The translations under genes and the position numbers were made by a program. The notes under the pieces are model-generated. The model made no database searches. It was not told the DNA's origin and worked only from the letters and a program-made list of their open reading frames with translations. A stretch of DNA of 64,000 nucleotides from Tubiluchus corallicola (Eukaryota; Animalia; Priapulida). Positions 52,874-64,000 of the stretch are shown in pieces. Within the stretch, counting starts at the first letter, position 1. Each line of letters opens with the position of its first letter. The stretch is taken from the NCBI GenBank assembly GCA_030141605.1, contig JAQGDQ010000425.1, positions 1 through 64,000 on the forward strand. Reading direction: 5' to 3'.

Positions 52874-53163
52874 TTTCAATATCCAGTCAAAGCACTCTTA
52901 TCACCTACTTTGAGATTGCTAAAAATTTTGCGTTAAGCGAGTTTGTCATTATAACAAGTTGCATTAATACATACGTGTTCAGGCAAATTCACGTATAAAC
53001 ATTTTGTTTTGCCAAAAATATGGGTGTTTAGCAACACTGGCATTATAAAGGGGGTGGAGCATTATAGCGATGTTACCTGTAATAAGTGATTGTTAATAAC
53101 TGTTTGTAGGTAATTATTTAGCGCAATATGTAGTACTTGATTGATTTAATGTATTATCATTAA

Positions 53164-53412
<249 letters not shown>

Positions 53413-53937
53413 TAAAAACTTCGTCTTGAAATTTTATGTCATTTAATTACATGCAATCTTATTGTACATAGAGCTTGAGTTTGCAGTAACGCTGTATGAA
53501 GCTTAAAAATTTAAACTGCTACAATGACCAATCGCTAACTTAAATTACTTAATATTGTCAGTAACGTCAGTAATGTTTTTTAATGTGTATATTTCGAAAT
53601 ATAAATTTTAGCAGGTATTTGGTTAAAGTTGTGCTAAACGTGATTTAACATTTCATTTTTTAATATATTTATAAGATCATAGCACTATGCATTAGTCAGC
53701 ATTGTTAATGTAAGAAACCATGTTGCTTCTGTAGCATTACTTGGCTATTACAAGCATTTGATTGTGCCAACAACAATGTATTGATATCTAATTGCAAAAA
53801 AATGGTGTGAGATTATCAGTTAAGACATGTGAGATCTACAAAACTTGTTCATAATTAATTTAGAAGTATGGAATTTTTATATAAATGACAAATGTATTAA
53901 CTCTTAAAGTCATGTTACATATATCTTCTGTTAATAG

Positions 53938-54132
<195 letters not shown>

Positions 54133-54359
54133 TAGATTTCTGTTGTTTGGGCAGCAAGTGCTCCATGTTTTTCAGTGGCTTCTTCTACGTCATCACACAG
54201 CACAGCTTTCGTCGACTTTGTTAGAGTTATTGCGCGGCTACATTGAAATTTGAAGTCTTTATTCTGCTTTCGTTGGAATAGCCTTGGGAATTCCCCTAGA
54301 ATTCACTAGGAACTTTTTTAATCGTGTTGAGATGAACAGAGTCGTGTGAAAGTAATTGA

Positions 54360-54637
54360 AGCTTCTGACATATGCTCATGAAACCGTGTAGTTATATGTC
54401 AGCAAAGTTTCAGACACGTACTCATGAAACCATGTAGTTATATGTCAGCAAAGCTTCAGACACGTACTCATGAAACCATGTAGTTATATGTCAGCAAAGC
54501 TTCAGACATGTGCTCATGAAACCGTGTAGTTATATGTCAGCAAAGCTTCAGACACGTACTCATGAAACCATGTAGTTATATGTCAGCAAAGTTTTAGACA
54601 CGTGCTCATGAAACCATGTAGTTATATGTCAGCAAAA
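54360..54637. repeat. 46-bp minisatellite, 6 copies, in a Rho intron
   Basis: Unit GCTTCAGACACGTACTCATGAAACCATGTAGTTATATGTCAGCAAA. Confidence 0.92.
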
Positions 54638-55730
54638 TGTAAATGTGTTAACCGGACCGTTAGGTTGCATATAAGCTGTAAGATATAAAAACAATATTTT
54701 ATGCATAATCGCCTAGAGAACATAATTCCGAATAAAATATCTAATCAAATTGGAATACCAGACCCAAGCCACATCGAATTTTTACTGAAAGTGAATCGAA
54801 TTTTACTATAAGTTTTCGTGGAAAACCAATCACTCTATTTGAAAGGAATTATAAATTTTGTCATGTTAAAATTGTTTTAAGTCAGTGTTGATTGATGAGC
54901 TGCATAAAATTGTTCTCATTAATGCTTACTAAATTATCTGTTTTTTATTTAATGGCTATTTCAGTAAAGTACGTTTATCAATTACCTGTTTTGCAGACAT
55001 ACTGGCTATCACATGCCTACTTAAATTAATGAAGCCACCAAAAGTACCTCTATGTTTAAGAATAAATCGCTATATTTGTGTGAAAAAACTTCCAATTCGC
55101 TTTCGTGTCGTCGTTGGGCAAAACTGCAGTAATGTAATTCTTTACTAGCTCGAGTTTACATCGATTTATTTCACTGTAAAAAATAGCATAAGCAAATACA
55201 CCAAGGTCGCGCTATTGTGCATTAACATGAGTTGTGTCCCGACTGGTGCAACGCATGCTTCGAGTTATCCTTCACAAACTGAAAGCAAAATTTCGACTAT
55301 TGTGCCATGTTTGCTGTTGACTAACACATTTTTTCAGATAAATTATTGTAAGTATTAGGCAAATATTCTGTTTGTTAACATCATTTTTGCAGAAAGTGAC
55401 AATTATTTAAAAAGTGACAGAATTTTTAGTGAGCTGGACTGGATTTCTATACTGATATTCGGGTAAAAAATTCGGCGATTCGAATATCCGGTGCATCCCT
55501 AACTGTGCTTACTGCTAACTTTAATTCCACTTGTTCCGCATTGTCATAAATCATAACATTATTTGAAACAGATAATAAGCCCTTTTCCAAATGAACTCCG
55601 AATTCTTCAAAGTCGCTGCCCTGTCATTTTCATGATTTAAACACTCCATTTTCATAGTTAATGCCATAGGGTATCATTTAGCTCTGAATCCCAATTAATG
55701 GTTTTCTCATTCTTTGCGTTTGTATTTCAG

Positions 55731-55963
55731 CTAATAAGAAAGATTTACGGCACGACGAGGCAACGAAGCACGAACTAGCCAAGATGAAACAAGAGCCGGT
55801 ACGGTCAGAAGAAGGGCGTGCCATGGCCGAAAGGATCAGTGCCTTCGCTTACCTCGAGTGTTCCGCTCGTACCAAGGAGTGCGTCCGAGAGGTGTTCGAA
55901 ACTGCCACCAGGGCTGCGCTACAGGTGAAAAAGAAGAAGAAGAACCCTTGTCGGTTATTGTAA
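55731..55963 (+). CDS. RHOA: RhoA-like GTPase, terminal exon with polybasic tail and CAAX
   Basis: ANKKDLR...YLECSART...[23 protein letters not shown]; total 582 nt (193 aa). Confidence 0.95.
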
Positions 55964-58055
55964 ATTAACAATCTTCTATGCTAATCTTGTAACATCTGAG
56001 GTCCACATTACGCTGGGTGTTTGGGCCGTGGTCCGCATCTAAGGGACATTGACCGGACAGTGGTCATCATTTTTTGGTAATTTTTGTCCTAGCGTTGTTG
56101 TGTATTTTTCAACGCATCAGTGCGGATTACAACTGCGGAACTTAACATTTATTTAGAATCTGGTGTGGACTGCCACCTATGGCAAAGTACAGTAACGAAT
56201 GCTTCGCTTAAAATGGCTACCTGCTCGTGTGGTGCTGCTGCAGCTATGAAATTAAGATATCGCACACAGTTTTTTGGTGGCTTTGTACAAGGGCATTAAG
56301 CATAGGGAATTGCTTAATATAATACAAGGTAGCAAAAAACTAGCCATGCATACTAAATTGCAATTACACATAAGGACAGTGCTTATGAGAAAAGTGTTAT
56401 GAATATTTTTTGTTTGGACTGTTTCTCTCGTAAGAATGTTAATTCCGAAATATTCAAACGGTGCTTGTCATTCATCTTCAAATAAAATTGAGCCAATCAG
56501 ATATTGTTTCAGAAAAGTATAGTTTAACAGATAAATGTGGTGCAAAAAAGAACTTGTGGTGTGCTAGCAACGTGAGGTGCCACCAACCCATTATTTTTGG
56601 CTAGCAACTTTCGTAACTCGTCCGTTTTGGCCTACATTTGAAGTAATACTAATCTGTAATCTTCCATTTTTGTTATTGGGTGGCGCCACATCCGTTGTAT
56701 TGCTTACCGTACGGCAATAACAACTAGAAATGTATAAATAGAACTTTTAAAGAGGTTGGTATGACTAAAATCACTGATGAAAGATTTTTTTGTTACTATT
56801 ACTCATCTGAATGAGTGAAATTATAGCAGTAATCGATGAATTGGCAGCCATGACGATCGTGTGCAAGATTTAGAAATTTTCATTTTTGAAGGAAAATGGT
56901 TATATAGTGATGTGTTTGTTTTGAGGGATTGTACAGTACTTGTATTTAGATATTAATACATAATGTACATAATTATTATACGTATCGTGTAATCACTAAG
57001 TTAAGACAACTGCTTTAAGTACATATTTTGTTGCTCGTGTCATTTCTTGGGGAAATTTTAATCGGACATTTGTTCCCAGTTTACGCATATTGCTTTTATT
57101 CATTGATCAATGATGGCCTATTACATATGGGATTTGTTGTTTCTGCGACGCACATTTTCTTTAAATCAAGCTTCCTAGCAACCAACCCCATTTGCTTTAT
57201 GTGACATGATTGTAAATAATTTTGAACAATTTATGTACAGAGTATTATAGGACCTATAGATAGTTTAGCATGTTTTAGCATGTTATTAATGAGTTATTAT
57301 ACCATGGATGTAGTTCTCAATATGACCAGTCCTTGTTACCACTTATGCAATGCTTCTGGTATGTTTTTCTACCATTTAGATGCTGATTTAGTAATTTCTA
57401 ATTAACTTTGAGAATATTGTATTTCTCACTTCAAAAAAACAACTGCTATTCGTGCATCTGTAAAAAGCATTTAACGAGTTTTATTCATAGCTTTCATTTG
57501 TGAAGATAATCTGTTGCATTTTTGTGGCATTATACTTTGTATCTCAAAAAAAACATATTGTTGACTTCAGGTGAAATGGTACTTGCGATGTGCATACCAT
57601 AAAAAATTAATATTCTTCCTGGACAAATGTAAACTGTTTACTCGGTTTAGAATTTTATAAACTTCATAACATGATTTTTCGCTAATACTAGCGACAATGT
57701 TAACTCTGACTTTCTTCATTATAATTCTGTTAACTGTGCTCGGCCATATTATAATTTTATGTATAATAATATAATAAGTATTAATAAACATTGAATTGCT
57801 GATCGAATATTTGCAGTCGTTTTTATCCAGAACCCATTTTCATTGTATCAGCTCAGTTTATTTAAAAGATTTACAGAAACACAAAACAAAAAACATTAAC
57901 AGTAGAATTAAAAAATAGAGACATTTCTAACGTATTTACAAGTTCGTTATTTGGCACTTTGTTTGTACAATATTAGCTTTATTGAGCTGAATAAGTTATT
58001 GAGGTGGGGAAAAGATATGATAAGATTGACAAAAAGTTATCACAGTTTTCTAGTA

Positions 58056-58498
58056 TCAAGAACAGCTCAAATAATTCACTTCCATATCAGCTATTTTTCT
58101 GGTAATCGTTTTGCAGCTTCCATCATGATTGAGTTTGTTCTGATGGCTGTGATTATGCTGATGTTTTCCATGTTTATGATAAAGGTGGTCCACATTTGGC
58201 AAAATGAACTCTATATCTTCAAAATTTTGATCATCACTGTGAGTAAAATAGTGTCCAGTGTGGTCGGAAGGTTCAAAGTCCGACCGCCACTCAACAAATT
58301 CTTTCCTTTCCATTTTTTCTTCATCGTTTCTATCACCAAATCTAACAAAATTGACATTACTGTTTGTGTCTTCAAAGTGAAATCTGTGCCTGTAATGACC
58401 ACTAGATGGCGATAGCACATCACTGTGATAAAAGCAGCTTGACTGGTGATTTACGTTGTAATGGTGCCGTTCATCCTTGTTTGATAAAACTTTGTAAG
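58056..58498 (-). CDS. DNAJB9: DnaJ homolog subfamily B member 9 (ERdj4), terminal exon
   Basis: AYKVLSNKDERHHY completes the J-domain; C-terminus GSCKTITRKIADMEVNYLSCS matches the two-cysteine DNAJB9 tail; minus-strand AATAAA at 57978-57983. Confidence 0.8.
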
Positions 58499-58810
58499 CT
58501 GTAATAAACAAAAGAAACACATTACAACATAGTTGGTGTTTGAAATGTTATCCAAAATTATTTTGCAATAAGTGCAGAATTTTTATGCAACTCACGTGGG
58601 TTCTTCAAATTTGCAAAATAGTCTTTTCTATTATATATCTCAAACAATCTGTCTTAAGATTTACCATTCTTTTGTAACGTACAATTTGGTGCCTTGTACT
58701 TCTTTACTATTGAAGTTTTTATGTTTACAATTTAAAAAAGCAGTTATTCATTTTACATCTGAGGCAAAATCATCATTGTTAGTAACAGATAGTATTAATT
58801 ACATATTTAC

Positions 58811-59024
58811 CATCGGTTAGTTGAATAAATTTCTTTTCAGCGTTAGCATCGCTGCTTTTATCAGGATGATAATTCATCACTTGTCGTCTGTAAGCGTGTT
58901 TTATCTCTTGCACTGTAGCAGCTATATCTACACCCAGAACTTCGTAAAGATCATCTTCATGTATGCAAAAAATTCTTGAGATCAACATAGTAGCAAAAAT
59001 GAACAGAAACCCTTCTAGATTCAT
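58811..59024 (-). CDS. DNAJB9: DNAJB9 coding exon 1 (signal peptide and J-domain)
   Basis: Hydrophobic N-terminus, DLYEVLGV...EIKHAYRRQVMNYHPDK (HPD motif); phase-1 donor G|GTAAAT; total 657 nt. Confidence 0.88.
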
Positions 59025-59361
59025 GTGCCTGAAAAAAGATGCCTACAATAAGATTTAACTGAAATTTCACCATGACAGAGTGTGCAAAATTCTTTTTGGC
59101 TGCCTAATTTAATACACTACCTAGAACCAACCTAAAAACCGAATTATTTTATAGTATATTGAACAACAGTAAGTAAATAACTTAGAATAACAATAATTTA
59201 TAGAATCGTTAGGTAAGAAATTTGAATTACAAGCTAAAAACATAAAAGAGATATATTTCATCAAATAGTACTTCACAGATCAACAGTAATTGTTACAGGT
59301 GCCAGATCTCAGACACTCTTAGCAGCCCGTTGAGATGAATTTTAACAAGTGTTAATTTGAT

Positions 59362-59664
59362 ACTTACTCTTATTTCCTGAAAAAGTGGTGAAATTCTTGT
59401 CACGTAGCTTTAACGTTTTATAAAAACCTAAAAAGAATGGAAGTATTGCAATTATTCAAACACAGCTCATCAACTGGCAAAACCTGGTGCAAAACATGAT
59501 TTTACCTACTGTACTTAACTTAGTACACTATTCATTTTTTGATTGGATAACTTTGATGATGTCATGAAGTTCTTGTTTAATAGGCGTGGCCAATTCATCC
59601 ATCCAATCAGGGTTACTGAGGTCCTACATCCCCACAAGCCTCTTGTAAACAAGTAAGATCGAAA
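59362..59664. promoter_or_regulatory. Putative bidirectional promoter shared by DNAJB9 and CRBN
   Basis: Minus-strand donor GTAAGT at 59362-59367 (non-coding DNAJB9 exon); CCAAT boxes at 59542 (reverse), 59590 and 59603; TGATGTCA at 59557-59564. Confidence 0.55.
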
Positions 59665-59728
59665 ATGGACGATGATGAATTTGATGATGAGATGAATTTA
59701 GCTGTAATAGAAGATGACACCGATTCGG
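59665..59728 (+). CDS. CRBN: Cereblon, coding exon 1 (acidic N-terminus)
   Basis: AAAATG MDDDEFDDEMNLAVIEDDTDS G|GTATTG; phase 1 matches exon 2. Confidence 0.7.
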
Positions 59729-60199
59729 GTATTGTGCTTTCACTTTTTCTGTTGCTTTGTAACGAATTGATACGCAATCCGTATTGAGCTTCTGGCTAAA
59801 TTATGCCACGTTGGTTAAGACGAGGATTGCGAATAAGACGTGCTAGACAGCATGGTAAGAAGTAAACGGTGTTTATGATGTACTTTCCACAATTATCTAT
59901 AATTAAGTTGCATGTAGTTGACTACGGAGGTTAGCTATATATCTTTTACAACTAATACTCAGTAATTACTGCTAAAATACTTGGTAAGTTGTTGTCAATT
60001 GCATTTGAAGTGAATTGTCTATAACAAATAAAATCATAGAATGCTGATTTCTGCTTGTTGCAATTACGAAGTTGCCATAATTGTCACTTTATGATTGTAG
60101 TGAAGGATATGTCGTCCTTTCCGTAAAGCAAAATAAGTCCTAATCTAGAAGGTCAGTTAGCTTGAAAACAAAATCTTTCAAGATCTGAGCTATATTTAA

Positions 60200-60245
60200 T
60201 TCATGTCGGCTGATGAGGTCCGAGAGGACGAAAGCTTCTGAAGAA
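60200..60245 (+). ncRNA. Minimal type I hammerhead ribozyme motif (Penelope/retrozyme-like)
   Basis: CTGATGA(60210)-G-GTCC-GAGA-GGAC-GAAA-GCTT: both core boxes, a 4-bp stem II with GNRA loop, a palindromic AAGCTT stem III and a partial stem I TCGG/CTGA; AATAAA at 60248. Confidence 0.7.
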
Positions 60246-60496
60246 AAAATAAAGAATTTTTTTAGATTTATGGGCATTTAACTTACTTTATGATAGAAGA
60301 TCAGTCAGTTTGTGAGCTATTCTGTAGTGTAGTGTTTCTTTGTAGTGTGCATGTAGTGTGTAGGGAGCTATAAAGACTCAAAAGGGAGCCTCATTGTAAG
60401 GAGATATTCATCGAGTTTTTTTTATGCGTCAATACTTATACATCTACTAGCGTGTAATAAATTGTGAGAACACTATTTTGATTACTTAAATTTCAG

Positions 60497-60639
60497 ATGA
60501 AGATGATGAGGAAGAAGAAATTATTAACATCCTGGGCAACAATGACGAAGAAGAAGAAGTTGCAGAAGGCACTACTGAGTCTGATTCGTCTAAGATAATA
60601 AATGTAACTTATGATAGGTCACTCCCTACAGCTCACTCG
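60497..60639 (+). CDS. CRBN: Cereblon, coding exon 2
   Basis: Ends TYDRSLPTAHS, matching the conserved cereblon FDxSLPTxHxYLG motif across the splice junction. Confidence 0.88.
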
Positions 60640-60774
60640 GTATGTTCTATGTATACAATGCATGCAAAATATTTGTTTGGTACAGTTACCAGGTAATTGC
60701 TCATTTAGACGGATGAGTGATGAGCGACAATTCATTGCAACAGCAAAGGACGCACATGATTGACAGCTTCAAGT

Positions 60775-61452
60775 GATGAAATTCAACTTTCACTTGGCCA
60801 CTGCTCCTGTTGAAATTCAACTTTCACTTGGCCACTGCTCCTGTTGAAATTCAACTTTCACTTGGCCACTGCTCCTGTTGAAATTCAACTTTCACTTGGC
60901 CACTGCTCCTGTTGAAATTCAACTTTCACTTGGCCACTGCTCCTGTTGAAATTCAACTTTCACTTGGCCACTGCTCCTGTTGAAATTGAACTTTCACTTG
61001 GCCACTGCTCCTGTTGAAATTGAACTTTCACTTGGCCACTGCTCCTGATGAAATTCACCTTTCACTTGGCCACTGCTCCTGTTGAAATTCAACTTTCACT
61101 TGGCCACTGCTCATGATGAAATTCAACCTTCACTTGGCCACTGCTCCTGATGAAATTCACCTTTCACTTGGCCACTGCTCCTGATGAAATTCACCTTTCA
61201 CTTGACCACTGCTCCTGATGAAATTCACCTTTCACTTGACCACTGCTCCTGATGAAATTCACCTTTCACTTGGCCACTGCTCCTGATGAAATTCACCTTT
61301 CACTTGGCCACTGCTCCTGATGAAATTCACCTTTCACTTGGCCACTGCTCCTGATGAAATTCACCTTTCACTTGGCCACTGCTCCTGATGAAATTCACCT
61401 TTCACTTGGCCACTGCTCCTGATGAAATTCACCTTTCACTTGACCACTGCTC
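60775..61452. repeat. 34-bp minisatellite, about 20 copies, in CRBN intron 2
   Basis: Unit GAAATTCAMCTTTCACTTGGCCACTGCTCCTGWT. Confidence 0.96.
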
Positions 61453-62038
61453 TTATTGGAGAGTTTTTGTTTTCCATCAGGGATGCCCGATCAGCTAGAG
61501 AACACGACACTCATCAGGGATACGTGACATGCAAAACTAGCTAGTTTGAGTGCCACTCAGTCAGGCCTGATAGCCTAAACGGGGCTTAAGAATGTGACAG
61601 GAGACCCAGAAAAGTAAAATTCTGGATGATAATTAATTATTGATAACTTGATTAAAAAGTATAACTAATTATTGAGTGATAAATAAGAAATTCATTTCGG
61701 TGTTTTCCTAAAACAAGCTTTGTGCAAAAATTCCTGCTATTTTGCAATACTAGCAAAACTGTAAAAACATCTCATATCTTGAGTTTTTTAATACGCTGCC
61801 CCGTTTGCTTTAATTGATAAATGGTGGCATTACTATTGTACTTGACAGAATAGTGTCTGGGTAGGTCTCATGTCACGTAATTACCGATTTAGCAAAAAAA
61901 ACTTTGAAAAAAGTTTTGAATAGATTATGTTTGTCAGTTTTGTACTTTTCAGACCAGTTACATCATTAAAAGCATTTTTATTAAAATTGTGACATGCAAG
62001 TAATTACTACTTTTTAGCCACTTCACTTTTTGTTGTAG

Positions 62039-62247
62039 TATCTGGGAAATGACTTAGAGGAGGTCAGTGGTCGAGCATATCTAGAAGAGGAGGATTACAT
62101 CAATCTTCCCATTGTTGCTTATCCCGGTGTTATTTTGGTTCCGGGACAGCTCCTTCCGCTTAAAGTTTTTAGACAAAGAGTTGTCTCAATGCTACGTCGA
62201 TTGCTTGGAGAAAGTGACAAGATATTTGGTGTAGTGAATTACTACAG
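62039..62247 (+). CDS. CRBN: Cereblon, coding exon 3 (LON N-terminal domain)
   Basis: YLGNDLEEVSGRAYLEE...LPIVAYPGVILVPGQLLPLKVF...DKIFGVV. Confidence 0.92.
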
Positions 62248-62385
62248 GTTGGTTTTTCCAGTAAGAAAGAAACTCGTTAAAAGTCCATGCTCGCATTTTG
62301 CTTTGTATCTCAGGCAGCAGATGGCGGCAACATCATGTTGTATAGCAAGGATGTAACGCTTTTTGATTTATCTTACTTAATGTTG

Positions 62386-63020
62386 TTTAAAGCAAAACCG
62401 GTCTCCAGCCTAAACTGTAGGTCAAAACAATTTTTTCTTTAAAATATTGAAAGGAAACATACTAGTTTTTTTAAAAATGACTTGTGTAAAAGAATTAATA
62501 CCACACAAACACAATTTCGTATTCGTGCCACTGATTCATTGCTGTTACATGTGTTTCGCCATTAGCTGGTTACACGGGCACAAGCGCATGCATTTCGGAA
62601 ACGCATTGCACAAATAAGCAGGTACTGTACCTCTCAGTTCAGCTCATTAGTTTGTGACGAACTGCGAACGTCCCAAACTAACGACACATTCGACAGCTCA
62701 TGCATCAGCATGGCTGTAAATTTGAAATTTTAATTTTTATCTTAAATTTTGCCTAGTTTTAGTACAACACACTGAATATCTTACAGTAGTATTCCTTACT
62801 TTTGTTTTCACAAACATGTTCAGCACGCTCGTAGAATATTTTGCTGTAGAAAATTACATTGGTTTGTGATGTCATCAATAGTTGGGCTCTGTTAATTAAG
62901 ATTTAATCTATTAATTAATTATCAGAAGTGCTTTTTGCAGTATTAAATGCGTTAAAATGTATACTTTTTATCGCACTTGAAGATGAAGTAGTATGTGAAA
63001 AATCATCCTATCTTCACTTG
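62386..63020 (+). mobile_element. Kolobok-like non-autonomous element, copy 2 (same family as 17617-18233)
   Basis: Starts TTAAAGCAAAACCGG; colinear similarity with copy 1 over about 600 bp. Confidence 0.7.
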
Positions 63021-63449
63021 GTTTGATATCTTTAGATTTTGACAAAAATTTGAGAGTTAATAGCAGCCCAGATACTGGGACTTATTAAATACCAAGCAAT
63101 GTTTTACATCAACTGTACGCATTGTCAGTTTGTATTACTACTTATAGAACTAGAAAATATTACCTATTTTACTAGAAAATCAGTTACAGTTAGCTTAGTA
63201 GTAACTAACATAGATCTGATAGTTAAACAGAGTTATATGAAAACTTCACTAAATGTAGTAACCTTAATAAGTGGTAGCAAATATAGCTTATAACTTACAA
63301 ATTTGGTATCTATCAATTTACTGGTTGTATGGTAGAGAGAAATGCATGTATGCGTTGAATTTTAGATAGTTTTTGTCATTTGCATGATTGAATCTGCTAG
63401 ATTGACACTTTTGACAATGACAATTTTGTATGTCAACTTTACTTTTCAG

Positions 63450-63611
63450 ACATAGTCACGATCCTCTCCCGCAGATGGCATCGATAGGCACCATAGCCGA
63501 AATCATCTCGTTTAAAGAAGATGAGGAATTTGGCGTGACTGATACTGTATCAGTTAAAGCCATGGGTCGGCATCGGTTTGAAATAATGGAAACGCGTTCC
63601 CAGGCTGATGG
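63450..63611 (+). CDS. CRBN: Cereblon, coding exon 4 (gene continues beyond the window)
   Basis: IGTIAEIISFKE...VSVKAMGRHRFEIMETRSQADG|GTAGGT. Confidence 0.92.
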
Positions 63612-64000
63612 GTAGGTATCCGATGATAATGTACACGCACGCATACACGCACACACATATAAAATGCAAAATTAAAATAGCAATGTGAGCAATTCTTGTG
63701 CATTGTAGTAATTATCACAAAGATTTACACATGGCACATTAACATTTATATGTATATAGATGTGTATGTGTGTGTGCGTGTGGCGTGTATGCATGTGTAT
63801 GTATGTGTGTGTGTGTGTCTTTTAGTTTCCATCTTTGTTTTTAAACTACTGTTATTTCTGTAGGTTCAAAAGCTTTTAGGAGCTTATGTTTTTATTTATA
63901 CAGGCATTTATACCAACTTTAAATAAAGATTTATCGTATGATTATAAAAGAAATGGCTACCATTGCAAAATCCTTTTGAATCGAATGTGATCTATGTGGT

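Noticed and set aside
60775-61530. CTGATGA motifs in the 34-bp array and on the minus strand at about 61512 as hammerheads
   Set aside because: No closing stem II followed by GAAA.
63630-63910. Next CRBN exon at acceptors near 63863 or 63903, with AC/GT repeat bridging
   Set aside because: Both candidate acceptors meet an in-frame stop within a few codons; the next exon must lie beyond the window, so the GT tract is not shown to be near the 3' splice site.

Overview
AT-rich, intron-containing animal genomic DNA, most likely from an invertebrate bilaterian; the taxon cannot be fixed from the sequence alone. Five spliced protein-coding genes were reconstructed by hand from GT-AG boundaries and frame continuity: PNPLA8/iPLA2-gamma (+, 7 coding exons, about 719 aa), a secreted PAN/apple plus pentraxin protein (+, 4 exons, about 339 aa), a RhoA/B/C-subfamily GTPase (+, 3 coding exons, 193 aa), DNAJB9/ERdj4 (-, 2 coding exons, about 218 aa) and the 5' part of cereblon (+, head-to-head with DNAJB9). 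There is also an intronless 200-aa orphan ORF. The rest is transposon-derived DNA (a CR1/L2-group RT, RTE fragments, a Gypsy gag relic, Helentron/HINE-like, hAT-like, Tc1/mariner- and Kolobok-like MITEs, a tRNA-derived SINE head) and six homogeneous intronic minisatellites. Two signals stand out. (1) At 5.1-5.5 kb, two neighbouring long palindromes have unrelated arms but share a nearly identical 27-nt loop, suggesting a short module that causes inverted duplication of the DNA it lands in. (2) A minimal hammerhead-ribozyme motif lies in a ~190-bp insert flanked by direct repeats in cereblon intron 1.
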